Shown here: in pieces, positions 31,866 to 43,464 of the stretch
Layout: every line of letters begins with the position of its first letter
How positions within the stretch are numbered: position 1 is the stretch's first letter
Source of the DNA: Rhodosorus marinus CCMP1338
Taxonomy: Eukaryota > Plantae > Rhodophyta
Assembly (NCBI GenBank): GCA_029953675.1
Contig: JAMWBK010000011.1
Location: forward strand, 372,001 to 436,000
Length of the DNA stretch: 64,000 nucleotides
Reading direction: 5' to 3'
Notes under the pieces: model-generated
What the model saw: only the letters and a program-made list of their open reading frames with translations
Told to the model about the DNA's origin: nothing
Database searches by the model: none
Position numbers and translations under genes: made by a program

Positions 31866-33529
31866 CCAAAAGCGAGCACGTCACCCATCACTTCATGATG
31901 TCACCACCTCTCCTCCGCAGCTTCAAAATATATCATATATTCTGTTTTCTCTACAATATTTGTTTTGCTATATTATCATAATATTAGGTTTGTGCCAAAT
32001 GGGTCAGGTTTTCCGCTGTTTACACCTCTAAAGCCCCTCTGTTTTCCACAGGGTTTAACCGTTTCTGGGTCGTAAACAGCTAAAAACGCGACTCACCTGG
32101 TACAACTGTAATAATATTACTTAAATATAATTTACTCAGTGTCTAAGCTTAGTGTTTATACGATGAGGAAGTAGTCCGGATTTGATTATCGTTTAAAGAA
32201 TTAGTTTCATGTAATTTACTGTATATGGAGTGGAAAGTTTTGGAAATATATTTAAATAGTGGTTTAAACGGTGTGTTGGATGGGATAGACGTTCGACGGG
32301 TTTTTTGGGGGGGGGTTGATGACAGTCTGTCCTAAGTTTTTGACGTGGAAGGATGAGGTTGAGAAGTTCTATGTCGAGACAAATACTGGTGAAGGTTACT
32401 TGGCATTTGGAGATAGACAGGTTTCGTGTTTAGCAGGGAGAGCCTTCTGCATGGTTCCGACGGATGCCACCAAACCGCCCTTCCTCAGTTAGTCAAAATG
32501 GCTGAGATGGTGGATCTACAGTCAAGGCGACACGCGGATGGTTTACTGGCATTTTCAGCAAATATTCGAGAGATTTCTCGTTGGTTTCCATGGGAACTCC
32601 AACCTGTGCTTTCCATGCTAGCTAACAGGTTGGAGCTAAACGAGAACAGAGCGCCTGGCCACCCACCCCCCACCGCCCCTGGGTGGCCGGTTGTCGGAAA
32701 GAACTGACGTGTGACTGTTCTTAGGTTGAGCTGAGGCAGGGGAAAAACAGGTAAGAATGCAGTTCGTTTAATGAAGAGTGTATAAATTTTCATCTCCAAA
32801 GACATCCGCTCCAGTCCAGCGCTCGCGTTCCTCGATGTCGCTCAACACGTCCGAAACACTACGTAGAGGCCACTCCCGACTCATCCACGCAAATACAATC
32901 AAAATATCAATCGATGATTGTAAATGACTGCAGAAAATGACGTGTCTTGAATATAGTAAAACTTATGCACAGCTTCGAAGCTTGATTATTGAACTTTCCC
33001 AGATTTCAATCAACTTTGCTCGAGGTACCCGGGCCAGCACGTAGGTAACAGTGGACAAGATGCGAAAAATATTCAAAACACGAGAGAAAAAGAACGTAGG
33101 TACAGGGTGAGCTGCTGACCCGTCGCTAGGGAAGAAGTGATCATAAATTAGACTTATGTTGCTTAGAATATTCTTTAAAACTGGTTTACTCTTTAATATA
33201 GGATTATTATGCGTCAAGTTAGCCTAGTTTAGACTACATGCGAACAAAATTTTTGCTCACCATCAAATGTTGGAAGTCTACCAATCGATCGAATTAGAGT
33301 GTCAGGAAAGTGGTATTGAGCGTGGCGGAGGTTGGGTTTGGTAGAGCTTGAAAGGGTCTGTCCTGACTGAGTGAGAGGTTAGCTTTATTACATTGACAGG
33401 TTTAATTGAGCTGACGAGGGGCTCCCGGTTGTGGTAATCTTTGGTCTACTGTTTGAAGGGTTTGATTTAGTGAAGTCTGGAAGGCGATGGATGGAATGGT
33501 TCTTTGAATGTTAGTATCTGCTGATAACG

Positions 33530-34936
33530 ATGGCGGAGTTCAATCTAGCAAACATTTTACGGCAGTGGAAGTTTCTGCTGGTGGCGGCGGCGGTAGCGCT
33601 GTTGGTGTTTCTGTTGGTTGCGTTTAACCGGCCTAGAGATGAGTCAAACTGGGTGGATGTGGACTATCTTGGCATGTCAGGATCGGGGGCAACCGTAGCG
33701 GGACGAGATACGAAAGCGGATAAGAGTGCGAATGATGCGAGCGGCAATTTTCGGAATATTCCAAATCTTTCCGAAAATCCGAATGATGCGGAGGACAACT
33801 GGCGGAAGATTCCCGATAGAACCGAAGACCCCGCGGAAGATGGCATGAAGTTCGTCTACACGCCTCCCGAAGACCTGCATCATGATCGGGAGCCGACTAT
33901 GGAAGAGCTACAGGAGGAGTTTTCAGTGTTGTCAACGTCAATTCCAAAGTGCAATAAGAAAAAGGAAGCCAAGTCCTTCATTATGATCATGACGGCGCAC
34001 GCGGGAAGCACTGCAATCATCTCCAAGCTAGTGCAGCACTCGGGTATATTCTGGGACTCCAACCTGATCGATAAATTTGAGCCACTTCACCAGGAGAAGT
34101 TCACCGAGGATCTGCCCGCCGGACGTCAGTGGGTTCGCGACTACTTCACGACTGGCATAAAAACTGGTCAAATTCCTGGTTTCAAGATGTCCATCCTGCC
34201 GATTCTGAAAGAGCCAGAGGAGTGGAAGCAGATCATCAAGGATTTCGACACAAAGATCATCTTCAACTACCGACGTGACTACCTCAAGCGTGCGATTGGC
34301 TTGTACTCGAGCGAGTACCTTGGCGACCGGACGTCCATTGGCGGTATAAACATCTCCAACGATCATACCGTAGCAGACAATCGCTGCGCGTTTGGAGTCG
34401 GATGCAGTTTCGAAGTCAAGGACATGAGCGACCTGCACTGCATTCTGACGCGAAGCTGGAAAACCACAAAGTACAAGCGGGACGGTGTGAAGGAGCTCAC
34501 CAACGATTGCGCTCTGGAAGTCCCCTATGAGGATTTTCTCTACCACGAGGACGCGACACACCATCAGATCCTAACCTATCTGGGCTTGAAAATCGAGGAC
34601 CCGCCGTCCTTGCGCGCCAAAGCCACAAGTGACAACCTCTGCACGGTCGTGGAGAACTTTGCGGAGCTCTGCGAGGCTTATGGCGATTGTGAAGAATGGA
34701 ACTACAGCCTCTGGGATGAGAACTCGGAGTGCAACTGCAACAACTACGAATATAAGTCGCGTGGGGGTCCCGGGAAGAACCCTCTGTGCAACCTCCTACC
34801 TCCAGCTCGATCGCCACATAGGTGTTATGGCATTTGCGAGCATTGCCCAGAGACTCTAGAGAATCGAAAGGGGAACCCAGACTGGCCCTTTGTAGGCAAA
34901 TATGAACTCGAGCCTGAGAAGAAGAAATCCAAATAG
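33530..34936 (+). CDS. Type II membrane sulfotransferase-fold protein (Stf0/Sulfotransfer_3-like) with Cys-rich C-terminus (468 aa, intronless)
   Basis: N-terminal TM (FLLVAAAVALLVFLLVAF), stem region, P-loop-like SFIMIMTAHAGSTAI, IIFNYRRDYLKRAIG, LEVPYEDF....HHQILTYLGL. Confidence 0.7.
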   Translation: MAEFNLANILRQWKFLLVAAAVALLVFLLVAFNRPRDESNWVDVDYLGMSGSGATVAGRDTKADKSANDASGNFRNIPNLSENPNDAEDNWRKIPDRTEDPAEDGMKFVYTPPEDLHHDREPTMEELQEEFSVLSTSIPKCNKKKEAKSFIMIMTAHAGSTAIISKLVQHSGIFWDSNLIDKFEPLHQEKFTEDLPAGRQWVRDYFTTGIKTGQIPGFKMSILPILKEPEEWKQIIKDFDTKIIFNYRRDYLKRAIGLYSSEYLGDRTSIGGINISNDHTVADNRCAFGVGCSFEVKDMSDLHCILTRSWKTTKYKRDGVKELTNDCALEVPYEDFLYHEDATHHQILTYLGLKIEDPPSLRAKATSDNLCTVVENFAELCEAYGDCEEWNYSLWDENSECNCNNYEYKSRGGPGKNPLCNLLPPARSPHRCYGICEHCPETLENRKGNPDWPFVGKYELEPEKKKSK

Positions 34937-35756
34937 GTCCCAGAGTCGCCGTTCATATATTGATGCCTGTTCGAAAGACGCGAAAGAACTTCAGCGAACG
35001 GCGTGTATATAGAAGATCGCCGCGTGCGTATAACTTTCCATCCCGACGCCTCGTCTTCGAAGATGCCGGACGGAAAAGCCTGCTCTGCGGAGATTGGCAT
35101 GATTGACCTCTAACTTCTAAATAAACTCATCACCAACGCAGTTCCTTTATTGCTCTGTTGGCTAGCGAGAGGGTTGCAAGGAACCCCATTCTAAGACAAG
35201 AATCGTAGTCATAATACACTAACAGTTACAAGCTTAAAACTCTGGCCTGGCGATAGACTTTACCACCACGAGACAGCAGTTGGGCTGGGACTGGGTCGTG
35301 GATAGCCTTTGGGACAGTGCTCACAGAGCAAATTAACGCGCATACCAGCCGAGTTCGCAAAGTCCCAGGTGTTCGACTGCCAGTCCACCCAGAGGGACCA
35401 GAAAGCTCTAGTCGACATCCTAAATCGCAAACAGAGTTTGGTAGCAAGAACGCTACAAACTCGATGCGACCTTGAGCGGTAATTGGGCCGCTTGTCCATC
35501 CAAACAGACATGAAAGGCTAGAGCTCCTCTAGTCTATAAACCTGAGCAGCTGACACAGCTGAAGGCAGCAGACGAAACAACTTGATACGAACAGCAAAAT
35601 TTAATAAAGAATGCCATAAAAGGTCATTTCTTCCAGTTTTGTCTTTGCCGATGTAAACTTCAACAGCTTCAAAGGGAGTGAAGAAGACGAGGACGTGATT
35701 CCAATGCTGGCAATTGTTTCTTCTTGCTTCGTTTTATCTGTGAAAGTTCGCTCGTA

Positions 35757-38395
35757 ATGGAACACGATGTGAGAGTCTGTGCCGTTCAGTTTAATCCTGT
35801 TCTGGTGAGTAGTTTTCTACCTTCACACGACGTGGACGGCAGTTTGTTTCTTGGAGAAGTCCGTCTTAGCGGAAGAAGGTTTTGAGCTGATGAAACTGCA
35901 ATGGCGCTTTTCAACTGGTCGTTTTCTTCCCGTTTTGTGGATTTTCTCCTCTGAAAATGTCTTTCTTTCTGTCTCTTTTGGGTATTTCCAGTTTGAACCG
36001 GAAAGGAACATGGAGAAAGCCGAGGTAGGGAAAGGACGAACCGTCCGTCTGCTCTGCTATCGTTTCTGATAAGTGGGACTGAAAATTTGATTCCCGTTTT
36101 CACTGGCGCTGTAGGAGCTGCTGTTCTCGAGGGTGAGGGCGTCCTCCGTTGATTTCGTCGTTTTTCCCGGTAGGTTTTCAGCTTTTGAGCGCCTTAGAAG
36201 CGTGCAACTGGGTAGCGAAACTTAGGCCAAAAAAGCGCTCTGTTTCTCGGTCGCCTCTGTCGCTCTTCGCGCTCTGGATCCCCGGTCGCCTGCAGAAGAA
36301 GGAATGGAGAGTTTTGGCTTGGACAGCCCCACCCATTCTGGCAGACGATGGCGGCTGGTTGAGTAGACGAGACGTCGAGGCCGACCGTGTTGCTTGAACG
36401 CAACAGTTGATTTCGCCCACCATATCTAATGGAGATATACAACTATGCAAAGAGCGCGACAGGAACTTATCGTTAGCTTCTCCACGCCGTCGAGAGCCTG
36501 TAGATCACGATGCCTAGTCGCAGTACTGACTCCAGTACAATTGCCTCGACCTAGCCAGCCCAGCTTCTCTCTCGGTTATCCAAAGCCCAGTGGAAACGGC
36601 GATTTTCTATCGATGAACATGTCCACATAAGACTACTACTACCCACGTCGAACAGTATTCCTTCTCTCAGCCCTGATACTGACACCTTGCTACACACTGC
36701 CTTTACTTCACTTTCTCCGCTCAGAAATGGCGTTTACTGGATATGTGTTTCGATCGAAAGAAGAAGCTCTGCACTATTCTGAACCGCAAAGGGTAAGAGT
36801 TCACCTCCGTCCGTACCGAAGGAGAAACCTCCGCCTTGCCAAGAAGGATGCATTACCGTCGTTGGAGAACTCCCTCTCTCAAACTCTGTTTTGGAATCTG
36901 ATGACTGGATTTGAACAGGGAAGAACGTATAAATTTTGCAGCTCCATCTCAAAGCGTCTTGGAGCATGCGTCGTCGCTGGATACCCGGAGGTAACTAGAG
37001 CCTGTTTACCAACGTTTCTTTGCTTATCGATCGGACTCAGTCTATCGGCTGTGGTATCGAAAACTGATGCGCGGGGAAGTGGAACTGTTCACACGGCGTC
37101 AAGAGCTCTACATCATCTCACTGGCTATCAGAACCCAGTTTGATCGGCGTCAAATCCAGACTTGTCAGTTGATGACTGTTTGGATGATTCTTCAGTTTGT
37201 CAGTCAGAACGCTTACCCAGTCTATTGGCTCTCCTTTTATGGCTAGAGATGTGTGGGTGAGGACGGTGTAGAAGTCTTATACAACTCCATGTGCATTGTC
37301 GTAAGTCGTGTCCCAGAAAACCCATTCGATTAGCCCCTCAAGCACGTCGGTCTCGGACTCCTCAAAGCGTGCGTATGCTGTAAATGAAGTAGGACCAACA
37401 GGGAGATTTAGTGGGCACATATAGAAAGCGATTTCTGTACGAGACTGATAAGGTATGGGCTGAGGAAGGAGATGAAGAGTTTCGGAGCTTCGAAATCTTG
37501 GGCGTGAAGGTACGAGCAATAGTCATGGCCTTGTCTGTCGTGGTGGAATCCTGGAAGGGCTGCTATCTCCCTCCCAACATCGTTGCTGTTCTGGAGTTTG
37601 CTCCCTATCCAACCGCAGCGGATAAATAGTCTCCTGCACATAGCGTTGAGGAGTGCTTCGCGACGGAACTGATGTTGTTTGAGATTTTGAGATCCTGTTG
37701 AACTCCACTCGAGGTGCACCCAGGCTTACGAGTCGTCCTGCACGTAATCAGGTAGCCTTTGGAATCTGTATGGACATTAACCCGAAGGAGTTTGATTATG
37801 CGAATGACACCTTTGCCCTCGCGAGCTTTTGCAAGAAGCTGAACGTTGACGTAAGCTAGTCCTTAGCCCTCTCAGGGTGCGACCAAGTTGTGCTTTCTTG
37901 AAACTGAAGAGTCTGATAAATGTTTTCCCTGGCCTCTAGATCCTCTTGTTCAGCACAAACTGGATAATGAACGATGGCGAAGAGGAAAACCCTGACCATT
38001 TACATGGCTATTGGTGAGTAAGAGTGACGGTCCCGTATTCTGATTATACACGAGCTTTTGTTAAGGGCTGTTTGTGCACCACAGGGCGTGGCGGCTGAAG
38101 CCTCTCATCGGTAGGCACTGCCTCTTCGTGGCCGCGAATAGGACAGGTGAGAACAGACTGATGAAAAAAATTCAAGCAAAGAAGGAAACCGCGCGACACT
38201 GAACACTCGCGTTTGCAAACACACACAGGTGTCGAGAGAGGAACGACATTCGCGGGGGAGAGCTGTATTATGTCGCTGTCGGGACCAGTTGTACTTGCCG
38301 CAGCTGATGCTCGGAGCGATGACGTCTTGATCGCTAGCTATCCTATGCTCAAGAGAACGACCCACAAACAGCTTGCAACCGCCAACCTCATATGA
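35757..38395 (+). CDS. NTA1: Multi-exon carbon-nitrogen hydrolase, fungal Nta1-like protein N-terminal amidase
   Basis: Exons by eye: MEHDVRVCAVQFNPVL; FEPERNMEKAE; EMAFTGYVF (catalytic Glu); RLGACVVAGYPE; LYNSMCIV; GTYRKRFLYETDKVWAEEG (Lys); FGICMDINPKEF (Cys); FVAANRTG; TFAGESC; GT-AG boundaries. Confidence 0.8.
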
Positions 38396-38950
38396 CACAC
38401 CTTCCAATGGAAGTGTAGCTCTCCCAACAGATCGTAGGCACCACCTCGGTCAAGGGAGTAGCCATCGGACCTCACCGACTCTAAGCGAGAACCTCACAAT
38501 CCGGTCACTCAAGCTCCACCCGCACGAGTCCAATCTGCTTAGGCGTTCGTGGATTCCTCCTCCACATTTATTATTCCTTAAATAGTTTCAAATACAAATA
38601 CGATCAATAAATCATCAACTACTAGTATAGTTAAGAAGCTGCTCTGGCCGGGGTCTCCCCTTTCGAAAAATTGGCTGTACTGAGCTCGTTGGCGATCTGA
38701 GCTGTGTGTCTTTCGCTCCGGTGGCCTTCCCATCAAATAGCTCAAGTAGATTTGCTCTGTCTGGCTCTCCTTTGTTCGGAAACTTGGCTGTTGCTGAGCT
38801 CGTCGGCGAATCTCGCGTTGCTCTCTCAGCCTTCAACTTTCCACCCCTCCCGTGAGGGAGGGGTGTCGGGCCACGTGGAGGGAGACAAGTGCTTGTAGTT
38901 GGGGTGTCCCTTCTCTCTTCTGCTGGTGTAGGTCACGATTGACCGGTATC

Positions 38951-40004
38951 TCAAAGTGCTTTCTTCGGCTTCTTCTCTGGAGATCCGTTTGTATTTCCTC
39001 CGTTTCCAGATACCGCTCCGCTGCTGCAGCTGTCATGGCTGCTGGCTCTGTCGCGGCATCCGCCTTTCCCGTTTGTGGCGCGTAGATCGGCGGATGCATC
39101 CATGCTCGTTCTGTCCATTGAGCTCGTGCCCTCATCGCCGTTGCTTCCGTTCGAAACGTCATTGGACCCATTATTCGTCACAGCGTCCCCTGATGCGCCC
39201 TTGCTTGAGGCGGGATCGAGCCTCGCATCGCTTCCGTTGTTATTGCCACCGCTTCCGCTCCCGCTTCCATTCTCATCAGCCATTTTCTACGGGTAATCAA
39301 AGAAGAGGAGAGGGAATATCAGATTCAAAGTTCAACCGAACTCCGGCCAAGAGAAACCTTGAGCATTACCTCTCGCTTCTTAACGCCAGCCTTGAACTTC
39401 TTCAAGGTCACCTCTTCACGTTGGTGAGCATCCAGTTCCGATGGCGGAGGCTTCTCAAGCGTGAAAAACTCATCCGGAAGTGGTTCGACTACCGGCGAAG
39501 ACGGTGGGGAGGTCGGTGGCTCGACAACAGACCCGTCATGAACTGATTCGGAATCAGAGTCACTCGCGAACGGAACCAGGGACGCGGACCTCTCTGTAAT
39601 CGTCACAGTGATCGACTTCCTAACATGCTTCCTCATTATCTTTCCACTGTGCAGGAACCGGTCACACTTCATACATAATACAGATCCCTCTGTCTCGCAG
39701 TAGACCTGTAAACCGAAATGACATAGAACTATTAGTGCACAAAAAGAGGAAAAGCGATGTCGTCTTGTGACATGCTAGGATGCAAAGAGCTTACCGCTGC
39801 AGGTCTCGAGTCGCAGACATCACAAAACGTAAGTGCGTTGACAAAATGCGCCGTCTGCACTTTTATAGCATCCGCATACGCGTGTACACATCTCTCCTTC
39901 ACGCAAGGCTCACAAAGCGGAATCCTGCACTCTACACAATACCAATTCCCACCTGCTCGCTCACATCCTTCACACAGCAGGTTCATCCGAGCAATTCTAG
40001 TCAT
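38951..40004 (-). CDS. Double B-box zinc-finger protein (CONSTANS-type B-boxes, no CCT domain seen), three exons
   Basis: CEGCERAGGNWYCVECRIPLCEPC; spliced CDVCDSRPAA|VYCETEGSVLCMKCDRFLHSGKIMRKHVR; KRE|KMADENG junction in frame; ends KKPKKAL*. Confidence 0.75.
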
Positions 40005-41954
40005 CCTGATTTCACTCGAAGCCGCAGAAGCCCCCGAAAAACAAAGACAACCGCCTCTCTACCAACCACAACACCCCCAACCCCTCCCCAATAAAATACA
40101 CCCACACTTTCCCAACCGCTCTACTCAGCAGCCATCCCTACCATCCCCCACCTCCTCAACCCCCACCCCGCCCATGACCACCTACCTCCACCCCCTTCTC
40201 CCGCGGTTCCTAAACCCCCAAAAACCTCTCACAAAACAGCTCCCATTCTCCCCCAAACCCAAAAAGGCAACTCCTTCCTATTCTCCCCCTTCCCCCACAA
40301 CTACCCCTTTTCACCAAAAACTCAATACGATTTTCAAAAAACAAAATTCCCCCCCCCCATCGCAACGAACAACATATACATAACACTGCGTCTGTCTCCC
40401 TGCCATACCTTTCCCCCGAAGAACGACCCTCCTCACCTCCATATGAATACCTTCGCTTACTGCTTCCTTCAGGATACGCTTGAGTTCCTTCCCCATCCCA
40501 AACTCAAAGTCGCGCAGTCTCCAACGATCCTTTCAGTTTGCCAATCATTGACCAAAGCTTCTTCCCTTCCAACATTTTAACCTTCACCTACTTACACTCA
40601 TTTTATTCAATAATTCATTATATATAATGATTGAAAATACTCTCAAGGCAGACTAAGAAGAGTACTTTTGACTGCATTTGTAATAACGTATAATTTAGGT
40701 AGATGACAGATATACAAAGATTTTCCGGTGACAACTACCGTGGGGTATTGTTTTGCTTTAAGAGTCACTATAGGGAAGTCAATGATTTGAAAAAATGAAA
40801 GATTACGTACGATGAAACCTGGGATTGTCTCGTTTTCATGAATTAGGGGATAAATAACTATGGTGACAGAGAACCAAACGTGTCCGTTTCCGGGTACGAA
40901 AAGATCTGCTTGTTTTGATTTCAAATTCGTGCGATCCACAGAATGTAGATATTTACGGCGGATATAGCGACGCCCCCTCTCTCTATTGGTTCCGACAGAT
41001 ACTTTAATCGCCAATCAAATCTGCGCTTGCGCGGAAACCCGTCCTTATTTTTCAAACAATCCAAGACTTCCGTTGCAAATCGTTGACAAAAAATCTGAAA
41101 AAATACTCCCTACTATCCAACCAAACCCGTCCGCGTGCTCGGAGCTCCAGTTTCACTCCTCTCTATTCGCCAACATATATTTATACAAAAAACACACAAA
41201 AAGAATCACAAATAATGACTGAATATATAGTCATTAACATCGTACACGTCTTTCTTAAATTAGTTTCCAACTATATCTGTAAGGGAATGAAATTTCACCA
41301 CACGTCCTTCAAAGACGTTTAATCAACTATCATTGGTAAATAATCCTTGTATTTACGAGAAAAGCAGTGAATGTTTATGAAAAAGTATATAATACGTTAC
41401 GTCGCCCAAGGTGACGCTTAAGTGAGTATTCGTGGAAATTGGATCATTGAGATGGCAATCTCTCTCACCACGGTCGGCGGAAGGGGGAAAGAGGGATTGG
41501 GTATCGGCCTATGCTCGATGCCAGTTTAGCTTTGTTAAGCACTGATCAGGAGACGATTAGAGACTCTCACAGTTTTGGTTTGGAGTGGGTAGTGAAGAGA
41601 CGGGTCTTTTCTGTATTTGACTAGAGGGCTTTTTGAAAGAGGGAATATTATAGTTTGGACTGAGGTTGGACGACGGCGGTACTGGTTGGTACTGGTTGGG
41701 TGGGGGTGTGGGGGGACTTGGCTGGTTCCTCTTTGCTTTTGTTGTGTTACTTGAAGCGCTTGTTTTTGGTTTGTTTTTTTTAGGTTCTGGTTACTGACTG
41801 GAACGCTTTGGAGCTGCTCCTTGAAGCAACTAGTTTGCACGGTGATTGGTGGCGGTCTCTGAACTTTTCTGAATTTCTCGAGGAGAGGGAGCAGTTAAGC
41901 TGGTCAAGAGGGTCGTCTTGTGTTTGCTTCTGAACGGCGTTTGAGTTGAGTAGA

Positions 41955-42754
41955 ATGGAAGGCGTTGGGTTTGTGGTTTTTGGAGGCGGGTTTGCTGGGC
42001 TTGGGCCTAGTGGATCCTCTTGCACCTCGAAGAGGGATACAGTGGTTGCCCAGGCCGGGAGGCGAGGAGGACGGTCGAGGAAGTTTGAGGGTGGGCTAAA
42101 AGATGATCGAGGAGGGAGGAGACGACCTACTCGGGTTGGTGAGCTTTATCGGAGGGAGCTGAGCTTGATCGTGAGAGAAATGGTGGCAAACGCTCCACGA
42201 ACAGCTGGTGAGTGTGATAGCAAGTAGATTCCCCGTGCCTCCTGAGACAGAGGGACGACAGCCTCTGCTTCGACGCTGACATGCGATGATTTTTTTGGCT
42301 TTTTTATCAGGCCTCGGAAGCGCATTGATTTCTGTCTTGGACGTTGACGTCTCACCTGATCTCCGGAACGCCACCGTCAAGGTCAGCATATTCCAAACCG
42401 AGGATCAAAAGTCAGATGCGCTCGCGTATCTAAAGGGAAGGAGGAAGGCCATAAAAGGAATTCTAAGTCAAAGCTTCAAGGAGATGAAACGTGTTCCAGA
42501 GCTTCGTTTCGTAGAATCAGACGTAAGCACCAATCTCCCTCGGGAGGAGCGGACACCGACAAACTCCTTCACAACCTAGGATTCACGGTTCTCGAACTTT
42601 TTGATCTATCCAGGTGGCTAGTGGGTTTCGAACACTGGAGCTGCTCAATGGCATCAGCAAACAGGGATCTTCGTCAGCGGCTGACCTCGAGCTCGACCTG
42701 TCTGTTGAAGATGACGACGACGATGTCATATTCTATGACGAAGAAGAAAAATGA
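41955..42754 (+). CDS. rbfA: Nuclear-encoded plastid-type ribosome-binding factor A, multi-exon
   Basis: Transit-like N-terminus; RPTRVGELYRRELSLIV; ISVLDVDVSPDLRNATVKVSI; MKRVPELRFV; acidic C-tail. Confidence 0.85.
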
Positions 42755-43464
42755 CTGACTCATCTACAACAGACAAAGATTCCAAGTTATGTTTCTGAAG
42801 ATCCAGGCGATGATGCTCTTGGAATTTGAAAGCCGCGTCTTTAGCATGGCCGGATAAACGCCAACTGTCTCCCCTTTCAGCCCCAGCGTAAGTAACTAAG
42901 CGCTTCATAACTCTTTCCATGGCAATGAGGTCAACAACTACAATCAATACCAATTATCTATCATAGCTGGAGGTCAACGAATCTCCATTGCTGAGACCTC
43001 TAGCTTTTCGTCTGAGCCATAACCTTTTGGAGAACACCCTTGAATTCTGTTGCTACTCCCTCTCTCAAAGCCACCCTCGGGAGTCTCACTCATCGCCAGC
43101 TCGTGCTTCTCTCGTTAACAGGCTGATCGAATGATTCTCGGTCGACGTAATGAGCGAGGTAATGAGAGTTCAGATACTGCTAGGAGGGGTTAGTGTATGT
43201 ACAGATGAGTCTCGACCGATTCACGCGCTGGACGAATCTTCCTTAGCTCGAAAAGATATGCAGCAAGCAGGTGTTGGTGTTTCTTATGCGATCACGCCGA
43301 CTGCAACCGCTTCTCTCAGTTTGGCAAATATATATTTTATACAGAGGATGCGTTCACTAGGATGGGCTCCACCGCCCACTCGTGCAGCTCGGGTGAAGTG
43401 GATCCAAAGCCAAGTGGCTTTCTACGCGCCCGATACGCAGCCCGGGGCGACTCTGGCAATCGGC

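Noticed and set aside
32300-32900. Short ORFs on both strands between the orphan gene and the sulfotransferase-like gene
   Set aside because: No recognisable motif and no consistent splice model could be built.
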